A stretch of DNA of 42,749 bases from a virus. Location of the stretch: positions 1 through 42,749 of IMG/VR virus record IMGVR_UViG_3300012041_000016, one strand, 5' to 3'. Below, piece by piece: positions 17,468-24,766 of the stretch. The notes beneath the pieces are model-generated. The model did not search any database, was not told the origin of the DNA, and worked only from the letters and a program-made list of their open reading frames with translations. A program made the position numbers and the translations under genes. The first letter of the stretch is position 1, and every line of letters starts with the position of its first letter.

Positions 17468-19716
17468 TAGTTCATCCGCCTGTTAAGCCGCTTCTGTGCG
17501 CCGACAGGTCTGCCTTGATCGTCGCGTATAATCTCAGCCGGGGCCGCGGCGATTGCATGAAGCTCGGCGATGCCCTGCTGGATGGCCTGATCGGACTGCG
17601 CCTGCATCTGCATTGATTGCCGCATGAACTGGGCGAGCTGGTTGACCGCGCTCATCATCTGATCGAACGGCCCGGCCTCGGCTTCCTGGTTAAAAGCATC
17701 CATGCGCTTGACGCTGCGCTGGAAGCCCAGTTCCTGATCGCGCATCTGCATATCGCGGTCGAATTTCTGCTGCTCGAAGGCTTGCGACATCTGGAGCTTC
17801 TCGCGCTCGAACGCCATCGCCTGCTCATGGCGCTGCAGTTCGATTGCCATTTTCTGTTGCTCGGCCTGAGCTTGCATCTGCATCTTCTGGCCCTCGGCCT
17901 GCGCCTTGGCTTGAGCTTCTTGCTGCTTGGCGCCGGCTTCTGCCTGCTGCTGTTGTGCGGCTTGATCGGCCTGTTGCTGCTGTGCCTGTTGCTCGGCCTG
18001 TTGGGCCTGCTGTTGCTGTTGCTGCGGGCTCGGCTGCTGGGCAGCAAACTGCACCGCCTGATCGAGCGCGTCCTCTACCGTCTTGGACAGATTGAAGTTG
18101 CGCGCGAACGCACCGTAGACCGTCATCACCGTTGCCGGCTGCACCATGCCCAACTGAACAGGCGCCGTCATATTGCCGAAGAACGTCCCCGTGGCCTCAA
18201 GGAAGCCTGACATTTCCTCCTGGTTGAATTGGAGGTCGCCTTGGATGGTCGAGTCCGTCTCGATGTCCACGCGGTAGGAGCGCAGATTATCGTCTGCGAG
18301 CATTTGCAGGACCTGCGGATCAATCTCAAACCCGCAAATCTGCTGTAGCAACTGCGGCGTCTTGGTGAATTTCTTGCAGATTATTTCTGCCTTGAGGCGC
18401 AGAATGTCCCTTGCGAACCGCTGCGCTTCTTTCTGACGCTGGCGGATGCGGATGGCGCCCCACTTGTTCTTGATTTCCTGCGCGGTCGCTGTTTCGTTCG
18501 GATCACTGTCACCCCGGACAATGTCCGACATGCCGGTGACTTCATAGATCGACTGCTTGACCTGCTCGCGCTGCGAATAAAGCGATTCGAGCGCCTTGAC
18601 GGTTGGGTCGAGCGGCCACCAGGCAAGCGCCTTTTCCATGCCGCCGGATTGGAGAAACCCGACTGCATCGGGCGCCTCTACGCCTTCACCGTCACCAGCC
18701 TTCGCCCATGCATCGATTGCGTCACTCTTGCCGGCATACATGAACCGGACGCGTAACTGCGCAATGAGCGTGGTAATGCGGGTCGTGATCTTGTCGAGTT
18801 CGTTGAGCAGGCGCTTATAAATGGTATATTCGCAGATCGGCGTCAGTTCGCCGGGAATGCGCGTTCCCATCATCGGGGCGGGAACAGGGAAGAAGCTCTC
18901 CAATTCCAGCGGGTCGTCAGCATCGGCCAGGAAAGCATCGCGATAGCCGGGCGCTATGAATTTGACCTTTCGGCTTTCCTTGTCCCAGACCTCCCAAACT
19001 AGAGCGCGCTTGAATGTGTCCTTGGCTGGCCTATCGCCCTCGGCTCCGTCCTTGCCGTCCTGAAGCTGCATATCGAGCGGAACCTTGGCGCCATGCTCTG
19101 GCGAGAGTTCCTGCAATGCCTCTTTGGTGAAATAATTCGCAAACGCTACCCACGGGACGTCCGTCCAGCTACGGCCCGGCCCATGGCGAAAGGCAGCCCA
19201 CGGCACATGGGCGCAGGATACCGATTGATAAACCACGTCCTCGATTGGCTGGCCCATCTCATCCATGCCCACGGGGCCAAGGACCGGCTTATAGGCGATC
19301 TTGGCCACGCCCCTGCCCGCATTGGACATATCGAATACGCTCGACTCCATAACCGAGTCGAAATCGTATTCGTCTATGGTGTGGTTCAGGCTGCGCTCGA
19401 TGACCTCCGCGCCTTGGTTGGCTATCGGGTCAGGGTCGGGAAAGCGGGGCCTGATGTCGGGAATGGGCGTGGAATTATAGACCGCCGGGACAAGCGTCTG
19501 AACGTTCGAGTGGTAGATGTTGAACGCCGTGCCCTGCTCGCCTTCCTTGCCCCGGAACACATCTGTTGCGGTCTCAACGTCCTTGCGCCAGTCCTTCTCG
19601 ACCTTGCCGGCAAGGTCAATAGCCTCCATCCAGACGGCAACCGGCGAGGTAGCGTTGTCTTGCGCTGCCTGCTTGCTGTCGAACTGGCCGACTTCACTGT
19701 CGAGAACGTCAGACAT
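17467..19716 (-). CDS. Portal protein with long Gln/Ala/Glu-rich C-terminal extension
   Basis: 749 aa, the largest ORF, downstream of terminase. The N-terminal 550 aa are portal-like. The C-terminal about 200 aa are 'QQPSPQQQQQQAQQAEQQAQQQQADQAAQQQQAEAGAKQQEAQAKAQAEGQKMQMQAQAEQQK...'. Confidence 0.8.
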   Translation of the reverse strand: MSDVLDSEVGQFDSKQAAQDNATSPVAVWMEAIDLAGKVEKDWRKDVETATDVFRGKEGEQGTAFNIYHSNVQTLVPAVYNSTPIPDIRPRFPDPDPIANQGAEVIERSLNHTIDEYDFDSVMESSVFDMSNAGRGVAKIAYKPVLGPVGMDEMGQPIEDVVYQSVSCAHVPWAAFRHGPGRSWTDVPWVAFANYFTKEALQELSPEHGAKVPLDMQLQDGKDGAEGDRPAKDTFKRALVWEVWDKESRKVKFIAPGYRDAFLADADDPLELESFFPVPAPMMGTRIPGELTPICEYTIYKRLLNELDKITTRITTLIAQLRVRFMYAGKSDAIDAWAKAGDGEGVEAPDAVGFLQSGGMEKALAWWPLDPTVKALESLYSQREQVKQSIYEVTGMSDIVRGDSDPNETATAQEIKNKWGAIRIRQRQKEAQRFARDILRLKAEIICKKFTKTPQLLQQICGFEIDPQVLQMLADDNLRSYRVDIETDSTIQGDLQFNQEEMSGFLEATGTFFGNMTAPVQLGMVQPATVMTVYGAFARNFNLSKTVEDALDQAVQFAAQQPSPQQQQQQAQQAEQQAQQQQADQAAQQQQAEAGAKQQEAQAKAQAEGQKMQMQAQAEQQKMAIELQRHEQAMAFEREKLQMSQAFEQQKFDRDMQMRDQELGFQRSVKRMDAFNQEAEAGPFDQMMSAVNQLAQFMRQSMQMQAQSDQAIQQGIAELHAIAAAPAEIIRDDQGRPVGAQKRLNRRMN

Positions 19717-19719
19717 TCG

Positions 19720-19965
19720 CTAATACCGATCGTAAATCCAGCCGCTTTGCTCGGTCCAGTAGCGACCCGGCATTCGCGGCCCCATTGGCCTGGCTGAAAC
19801 GATGTCAACGCATCCCGGTAGGTTCATCGGCTTAACGCTCTTGAGGCGAACCTTGATGCGGAAATATCCCCGCCTGCCTATTCGGCGCGGCGCGGTAATG
19901 CCGTATTTACCAAGCTCGCGCTTTGCCACGTAGGTCAGCTCGCAATGTTCGAGAACGTCAGACAT
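19720..19965 (-). CDS. Small hypothetical protein sharing its first 17 nt with the portal gene
   Basis: 81 aa. It starts MSDVL, as the portal does. Exact 17-nt repeat at 19949..19965 and 19700..19716. Confidence 0.45.
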   Translation of the reverse strand: MSDVLEHCELTYVAKRELGKYGITAPRRIGRRGYFRIKVRLKSVKPMNLPGCVDIVSARPMGPRMPGRYWTEQSGWIYDRY

Positions 19966-20208
19966 CTAGATCGGGTTGCCCCACTTGGGTTTGAACGGCC
20001 AAAACGGGTCTTCCCGCATATTGCGCGGCCAGATTCGGCAGACGGTCTTTGCGCTGTAGACGTGAAGCGTAGGCCATGGCCTTACACCTACCCATGCAAT
20101 CTCATAGCCGCCGCTGTGTGGGCGCCAGACGTGCGGGATGAGCGAAACCAGCCAACACCCGAAAGGCGTTGCCCAGCGAATGCGCCGGAAATACCAGCCA
20201 ATGCTCAT
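19966..20208 (-). CDS. Small Trp-rich hypothetical protein
   Basis: 80 aa. The ATG overlaps the TerL stop (ATGA) and its stop abuts the next start. Confidence 0.4.
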   Translation of the reverse strand: MSIGWYFRRIRWATPFGCWLVSLIPHVWRPHSGGYEIAWVGVRPWPTLHVYSAKTVCRIWPRNMREDPFWPFKPKWGNPI

Positions 20209-21680
20209 GCATTCGCCTTGCGCTTCTTGCTCAATTGCTCAACCCTCTCTCTAACGCTCATGTTACCGACGATCCGGCCATCGGCCCTCGCCTCGTAAAT
20301 CAGATCGGTCGGCTTTTTGCCTTTCTTGACGCTCCCGATATAGGGCCGCGACATGCAGGCATAACGAGCTTCATCCGCCACGTGGTCTTCAGCGTCCGTG
20401 TCTAAGTCTTCGGGTTTGTCAGGGTCGTGCTGTAGGACCGGCACGGTGCGGATGAAGTCCTTGCAAGTGTCGAATATGAACAGGGCCGGATATTCCCCGT
20501 CGCCGGCGAGCCTAGCCCGCATTTGATCCCAGCCGCCCATGGCACCACCGCGTTGGACGCGCGCATTGTCGGCCCTGCGGAATATCACGCCCTCTTTGAG
20601 CATCCGCTCGGCAATGGAAGGTCCGCCGTCAGATGTGAACGCAGCCGGGTCTAGAACGCCGTAGGAGACCTTCTCGTCCTTTTCCTTGGCTTTGATGCCT
20701 TGGGCGATTTGCTCGGCTGTAGCCCTTATTCCTTCGTTGGGCGTGCCGGTGCAACCGTACCACTCACGATAGCGGACAAGAGCCCCTCGTGGAATGAGAC
20801 GGCCATCTTCGAATATGTCGTCCTGAGCGACGGCCCACCAGCCCACGCTGAAAGGCTTAGCGAATCCCCAGTCCATTGAGCGGAACCGTAGCCACTGGTC
20901 CGGAATTGCGAAAGGCCGCATGACGTGGCGGGCGTGGGACCATCCATCGAAGAAAGCTCCTTCAACAACATCCCAGTCTCCCTCCAGCCATGCACGAACG
21001 AGTTCCGCACTGCCGACCATTTGAAGGTTAGCGACGTACTCAGCTCCCAAGTATCGGTTATCGGTGAGGCGGGATGGGATGTAGACGCGCTCACGATTTA
21101 TGACTTCACCAGTGAAAGGGTTTGTGAAGGGTTCAGAGAGTACTTGCCACCCGGCTGGGCAGGGGTCGATGTACCGGGATTTAACGTGATTGTGACCTGG
21201 ACCTCCTGGGTTCCCGGTTGCACGGAAGCCGACAGGTACGCCTGCTCCGGACCGCAGAGTAGCCATGAGCTTGGCGATTGGAGCTCGGGAGGGGAAAGTT
21301 CCAATCTCCTCAACATAAACTCGACTGTAGCTGTGTCCTTGGTAGGCGTCGGCATCGGCGTCCCTGTCCAGATATGCGAAGCGCAGGCGTGCCCCATTGG
21401 GCATCCTCCACATCTTGTCCTGCTCGTGGTACTTGGCCCCTAGGAGCGTGTAGATGTTGCGGCTGCGCTCGATGGTTTCGAGGAGCTGCGTGCGGTCCCT
21501 GCGGACCATGAGGCCGATTGCATCCTGGCCGTATTGAGCGGCATGGGATACCCAGTCGCCCAACATGCCGTCAGTCTTGCCGCCGCCTCGGGCGCCGCCG
21601 AAGAAAACCTCAAATATCGGACACTGGATTAGTGCGGTTTGTGGGCCGGGCTGGGGCTCCCAGACGATGTTTTCGGTCAT
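20205..21680 (-). CDS. terL: Terminase large subunit
   Basis: 491 aa. Walker A 'FFGGARGGGKTDG', Walker B-like 'RVYVEEIG', C-terminal nuclease-like region. Confidence 0.9.
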   Translation of the reverse strand: MTENIVWEPQPGPQTALIQCPIFEVFFGGARGGGKTDGMLGDWVSHAAQYGQDAIGLMVRRDRTQLLETIERSRNIYTLLGAKYHEQDKMWRMPNGARLRFAYLDRDADADAYQGHSYSRVYVEEIGTFPSRAPIAKLMATLRSGAGVPVGFRATGNPGGPGHNHVKSRYIDPCPAGWQVLSEPFTNPFTGEVINRERVYIPSRLTDNRYLGAEYVANLQMVGSAELVRAWLEGDWDVVEGAFFDGWSHARHVMRPFAIPDQWLRFRSMDWGFAKPFSVGWWAVAQDDIFEDGRLIPRGALVRYREWYGCTGTPNEGIRATAEQIAQGIKAKEKDEKVSYGVLDPAAFTSDGGPSIAERMLKEGVIFRRADNARVQRGGAMGGWDQMRARLAGDGEYPALFIFDTCKDFIRTVPVLQHDPDKPEDLDTDAEDHVADEARYACMSRPYIGSVKKGKKPTDLIYEARADGRIVGNMSVRERVEQLSKKRKANA

Positions 21681-21748
21681 TCTGCGTGTTTATTGGCATC
21701 CGAGCGGCTACTATTGCAAAATAGTTTGCGCTTTCGTGTCGATTGTTG

Positions 21749-21777
21749 TTGACAGCCTGCCCAGATGTTGGCATATT
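21749..21777 (+). promoter_or_regulatory. Near-consensus sigma70-like promoter (TTGACA-N17-CATATT) driving the plus-strand two-gene module
   Basis: TTGACA at 21749-21754, CATATT at 21772-21777. It is bracketed by the 11-bp inverted repeat TTGTTGTTGAC (21743-21753) / GTCATCAACAA (21781-21791). AGGGAG SD at 21791. Confidence 0.6.
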
Positions 21778-21803
21778 AAGGTCATCAACAAGGGAGAACG
21801 CAG

Positions 21804-21974
21804 ATGACCAAGACAACCTCAGCCAACGAACTCAAGTGCGACATCCTGGCGAGCAAGTGGCTTGGCAACGCGAACGAAGCCGAGGAAAAGGGCGAATATG
21901 CCAAGGCCGAGCGGATGTACCAGAAGGCCCAGTATTGGCTGGACCGTTACAACAAGGCGGCGGGCAATCGATGA
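21804..21974 (+). CDS. Small helical protein (56 aa), unknown function
   Basis: Below the ORF-track size cut-off. ATG at 21804 after AGGGAG. 'MTKTTSANELKCDILASKWLGNANEAEEKGEYAKAERMYQKAQYWLDRYNKAAGNR'. The stop overlaps the next ATG (ATGA at 21971-21974). Confidence 0.6.
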   Translation: MTKTTSANELKCDILASKWLGNANEAEEKGEYAKAERMYQKAQYWLDRYNKAAGNR

Positions 21975-22159
21975 CCCCCGCATCCTTAATCGCATGGCGT
22001 GATCGCCTTCATCTTAACCGGGTGGAGGCGGCTGCCGCTTTAGGCATCAGCCGCGAAACGCTGCGTTTCTACGAGGCCGGCAAGCACCCTATACCGCGCT
22101 ATATCGCGCTGGCTTGCGCCGCTGTAGCCCTAGGAATCGAGCCGCACGGGCAGCTTTAG
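21971..22159 (+). CDS. XRE/Cro-type helix-turn-helix protein (62 aa)
   Basis: 'MTPASLIAWRDRLHLNRVEAAAALGISRETLRFYEAGKHPIPRYIALACAAVAL'. Start taken at the coupled internal ATG, not the ORF-track 21743, which would span the promoter. Confidence 0.7.
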   Translation: MTPASLIAWRDRLHLNRVEAAAALGISRETLRFYEAGKHPIPRYIALACAAVALGIEPHGQL

Positions 22160-22420
22160 CTCGTACTTAGCCCGCCATGAATCAGATTGCAGGGGCTCCG
22201 GCGTGCGGACGACGTAATTGTGGATGGTCTGCTCGACGGTCGAGGCGCTTAGATCGGGGAGCACTTTGCGTAAAAGTGCAATGGCTGCCGTGACTTGCGT
22301 GGCGGACATCTCTCGCGATCCGCCGACGTGCTCGATTAAGCAACTAAGAATGTTACTGTTTTGAATTTTAACCCGATGGTCGTCTGACATGACGAAACCG
22401 GGCTTGCGGCCTCTGCTCAT
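22130..22420 (-). CDS. Putative terminase small subunit / DNA-binding protein (first gene of the late transcript)
   Basis: 96 aa. 'MSRGRKPGF...MSATQVTAAIALLRKVLPDLSA' resembles small-terminase N-termini of some podoviruses. Position is upstream of terL but separated from it by the plus-strand module. Confidence 0.45.
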   Translation of the reverse strand: MSRGRKPGFVMSDDHRVKIQNSNILSCLIEHVGGSREMSATQVTAAIALLRKVLPDLSASTVEQTIHNYVVRTPEPLQSDSWRAKYELKLPVRLDS

Positions 22421-22540
22421 TTTATGATTTCCGGCAATAGTCGGCCTTGCCCTGCGTCAAGCGCCTGGGGTGCAGGCCCGTGGTCGGCCCTATTGTTGTT
22501 ATTGGGCTCCAGCAGGATCAGCCATATGCAACCAGGGCAC

Positions 22541-22570
22541 ATTATGGGGTTGTCTCGGATGATTTGTCAA
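22541..22570 (-). promoter_or_regulatory. Putative late promoter (TTGACA-N18-CATAAT on the minus strand)
   Basis: The reverse complement of 22541..22570 reads TTGACAaatcatccgagacaacccCATAAT. It lies in the 240-nt gap between the NusG-like gene and the TerS-like gene and predicts a leader of about 110 nt. Confidence 0.55.
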
Positions 22571-22660
22571 TAGGTGGTGTTGGGAAGCCAATGCGGCCCA
22601 CAATGAGCTTAATTTCGGTCACCCCATGCGGAAGGGTAAAAGTGAGTCCCTGAGAATATT

Positions 22661-23143
22661 TCATGCCGCCTCCTTCTGCCTGAATAGCTCGTATAAAGCC
22701 TCAATCTTGCCCTGTGCCCGTACAATCCTGACCCTGCGCTCGGCGTAAGGCCCGCTTACGATTTCCGCCGTCTCGCCTTGGCCACGGCTGCGCTTGGCCT
22801 TTGCTGTTCTCACGAACGGAATCGGGCGCTGATGAAACAGGGTCGCTATCGTGTGCATGTCCCTGTGTGTGAATCGGGTTGGCCCCTGCCCGTCAATGGA
22901 AACGAAACCTTGGATAAACCGGAAGTCGTTTAGCCGGCCCATGTTCTCGCCAGGGTTGAGCCCAACAAAAATATGGCCGGGGAATGCTGGCCTTGCGAGC
23001 AGCAGGCGGCGTTTTGCGTGCCGCCGGTTGGCATAGCGCAGGCCGTGTTCTATCGGGATGAATACGGTAAAACCCTCCACCTTGAGTATCTGCTCGGCAA
23101 AAAATTCCCGCTGGCGAGTGACTTTGAGAGCATACCAGATCAC
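22661..23143 (-). CDS. NusG/RfaH-family transcription antitermination factor
   Basis: 160 aa, GTG start. NGN-like 'IWYALKVTRQREFFAEQILKVEGFTVFIP...RPAFPGHIFVGL...IQGFVSIDGQGP'. KOW-like 'GETAEIVSGPYAERRVRIVRAQGKIEALYELF'. Confidence 0.8.
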   Translation of the reverse strand: MIWYALKVTRQREFFAEQILKVEGFTVFIPIEHGLRYANRRHAKRRLLLARPAFPGHIFVGLNPGENMGRLNDFRFIQGFVSIDGQGPTRFTHRDMHTIATLFHQRPIPFVRTAKAKRSRGQGETAEIVSGPYAERRVRIVRAQGKIEALYELFRQKEAA

Positions 23144-23223
23144 GATTCAAGCCACCACATTATCGCCGCAGTGGCGGCAAAGCTGAGCAGAACCAAGACT
23201 ATCGGCGTGGCGATATCTTCCAT
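23140..23223 (-). CDS. Possible 27-aa transmembrane peptide
   Basis: MEDIATPIVLVLLSFAATAAIMWWLES. The ATG overlaps the upstream stop (TGATG) and its stop overlaps the NusG-like GTG (GTGA). Confidence 0.35.
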   Translation of the reverse strand: MEDIATPIVLVLLSFAATAAIMWWLES

Positions 23224-23402
23224 CACGGCTTGTCCTCCGGGGCCTCTATGAGGCCGATTGTGTATTCGAGAACAATGCGAGATGCATAAACGAGGTCGCG
23301 CTGGTGGTCGTCCGCCAAGTGATCAAAACCCTTCACGCCAGGTATGGCGTCCCACAGTTTCTTCGCATGAGCTTTCACGATCTCGTCTGTTAAGCCGGTC
23401 AT
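23223..23402 (-). CDS. Small hypothetical protein (59 aa)
   Basis: Start chosen at ATG 23402, downstream of the stop of the upstream gene at 23423. 'MTGLTDEIVKAHAKKLWDAIPGVKGFDHLADDHQ...'. Confidence 0.5.
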   Translation of the reverse strand: MTGLTDEIVKAHAKKLWDAIPGVKGFDHLADDHQRDLVYASRIVLEYTIGLIEAPEDKP

Positions 23403-23422
23403 GCCGTTTTCACGTGAAACAT

Positions 23423-24142
23423 TTAGGCGGTCTTTCTTTCCGGCTCTGGATACTCGCTCGGGAAGTACCAGCCACCCTTTGGGGTGCGTGGTGGTGTCTT
23501 CTTCAGCACCGTTCGATAGTAGCGCTCCCATGCATCGCCAGCATCCGTGCCGTATTGGACGTAGACTTGCGGCCAGTTCACTTCAACAGGCTTTGGAGGC
23601 TGCAAATCCTCATCCTGCCAGCGTCCGTCGTTGAGCCACGTTGCTGGGTGCGGAATGAATTGTTTTTCCTTGCCGGCGCACAATGCCGCGTGTTTTGACA
23701 CAGCGGTTTTGAGCGTTTCGAGATCGACACGGCCCCTGATGCGCTTCCAAGATCGCAAAGCCTCGTCCTTGCCGACCTTGCGGGGGAACAACTCCCACAG
23801 GTTCTCAAATTCCGGTGGATAGACGTGGCGTTGAGGAATAGTTTTATTATTTAATACTGATAGAGAAGTATTATTATCTATATCCCTCATTTGCGGATTT
23901 CCGGTGGAATCCGGTGGATTTCCGGTGGAATTAGCGGAATCTTCAGGTGCATTCTCGGGTGTGGAATTCCGCGGAATTTCCGCTTTATTCCGCTTGCGCT
24001 CGCGGTCATAAGCGCGGCGACGTTCCATAGCCTCGTCTACCGGCTTGGGCAATTGAGCGTCAATGCGACGGCACGCGGCCTTCAAGGCATCCCCTGAAAG
24101 CCCAGCGTCGATAAGCTCGCAAATCACTTGTGCCGTTATCAT
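23423..24142 (-). CDS. Putative replication initiation protein containing the origin (lambda O-like arrangement)
   Basis: 239 aa. 'FENLWELFPRKVGKDEALRSWKRI' is common in phage/plasmid replication-module proteins. The coding sequence contains the iteron array and an AT-rich tract (codons ...NSTGNPPDSTGNPQMRDIDNNTSLSVLNNKTIP...). Confidence 0.6.
   Translation of the reverse strand: MITAQVICELIDAGLSGDALKAACRRIDAQLPKPVDEAMERRRAYDRERKRNKAEIPRNSTPENAPEDSANSTGNPPDSTGNPQMRDIDNNTSLSVLNNKTIPQRHVYPPEFENLWELFPRKVGKDEALRSWKRIRGRVDLETLKTAVSKHAALCAGKEKQFIPHPATWLNDGRWQDEDLQPPKPVEVNWPQVYVQYGTDAGDAWERYYRTVLKKTPPRTPKGGWYFPSEYPEPERKTA
23811..23980. repeat. Putative origin of replication: iterons plus AT-rich unwinding element
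   Basis: TCCGGTGGA occurs at 23811, 23900, 23910 and 23921 (the last three at 10-11 bp phasing). There are further GYGGAWT copies at about 23893, 23933, 23961 and 23971. The 23831-23890 tract (aatagttttattatttaatactgatagagaagtattattatctatat) is strikingly AT-rich in a GC-rich genome. Confidence 0.7.
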
Positions 24143-24612
24143 CCGACCATAGGCTCCGCGTCTTTGCCGTACAGAAACGCATCAAGCGCTGCTGTCTCGT
24201 CTTTGAATGTGCCGGGGTTCTTTCCCGCACTCCGCGAATAGTGAATGATTGTCGTGTGGTCGCGGTTGAGGATTCTGCCAAGCTGGTGCAGCGAGGCGCC
24301 GAAGTCCCGTCTGGCGATATAGCAAAGATGCTTCCTTGCCCGGACATAGGCGCGGGTGCGAAGCTCGCTCGATAGTTCATCCCGTGATATCCCGTAGACC
24401 GTGCATACCGCGACGATGAGGTTGCGAAGACTCGGATGGCCGGCTATTTCCAGGCGCAGTTCGCTAAGGCGATCCAGTTCCGATTGCGCTTCCCTGATGT
24501 GACGGCGAATGTCTTCCAATTCGGCCTTGGCCTTCACTAACTCGCCGTCAATTGGATAGAACCTTGCTTTCCGCTCCTTGTGGAGCTTTGCTAGGTCTTG
24601 CTGATAGCTCAT
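24139..24612 (-). CDS. DnaA domain IV-like (Bac_DnaA_C) DNA-binding protein
   Basis: Start at ATG 24612 (AAGGAG SD). N-terminal coiled coil, then 'RTRAYVRARKHLCYIARRDFGASLHQLGRILNRDHTTIIHYSRSA', matching the DnaA C-terminal HTH signature (…RDHTTV…). Confidence 0.7.
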   Translation of the reverse strand: MSYQQDLAKLHKERKARFYPIDGELVKAKAELEDIRRHIREAQSELDRLSELRLEIAGHPSLRNLIVAVCTVYGISRDELSSELRTRAYVRARKHLCYIARRDFGASLHQLGRILNRDHTTIIHYSRSAGKNPGTFKDETAALDAFLYGKDAEPMVG

Positions 24613-24670
24613 GGGGTGTCTGCTCCTTTGCCTTCGTGCGGAATCATTGAGAGTTGTGTTTGGACTTGCA

Positions 24671-24766
24671 TCAGTCCTCCCAGGGGTCTTTGTGATGAGG
24701 CCAAACGGCGACAAGGCTAATGATGGCCAGCCCGATTCCTAAAACGATGATGGCTTCCCAATTCAT
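24671..24766 (-). CDS. Possible 31-aa transmembrane peptide
   Basis: MNWEAIIVLGIGLAIISLVAVWPHHKDPWED. The ATG overlaps the methyltransferase stop (ATGA at 24763-24766). Confidence 0.4.
   Translation of the reverse strand: MNWEAIIVLGIGLAIISLVAVWPHHKDPWED

Noticed and set aside
2319-19797. Long antisense ORFs opposite the structural genes (for example 2319..3035 +, 4525..5154 +, 9128..10072 +, 17617..18210 +, 19093..19797 +)
   Set aside because: These are typical stop-poor shadow frames of GC-rich coding DNA. They have low-complexity Arg/Leu/Pro-rich translations, no SD, and they fully overlap ORFs that have recognisable motifs and operon-style coupling.
21610-21970. ORF-track entries 21610..21816 (-) and the long form 21743..22159 (+)
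   Set aside because: The minus ORF overlaps the terL start and the plus-strand promoter and has no motif. The long plus form would start inside its own promoter. The coupled pair 21804..21974 and 21971..22159, with an SD, explains the region better.
23893-23980. Short direct repeats considered as a possible CRISPR array or tandem-repeat artefact
   Set aside because: The repeat unit is only about 9-11 bp with helical phasing and has no spacers. It lies in-frame inside a replication gene next to an AT-rich tract. It is better explained as origin iterons.
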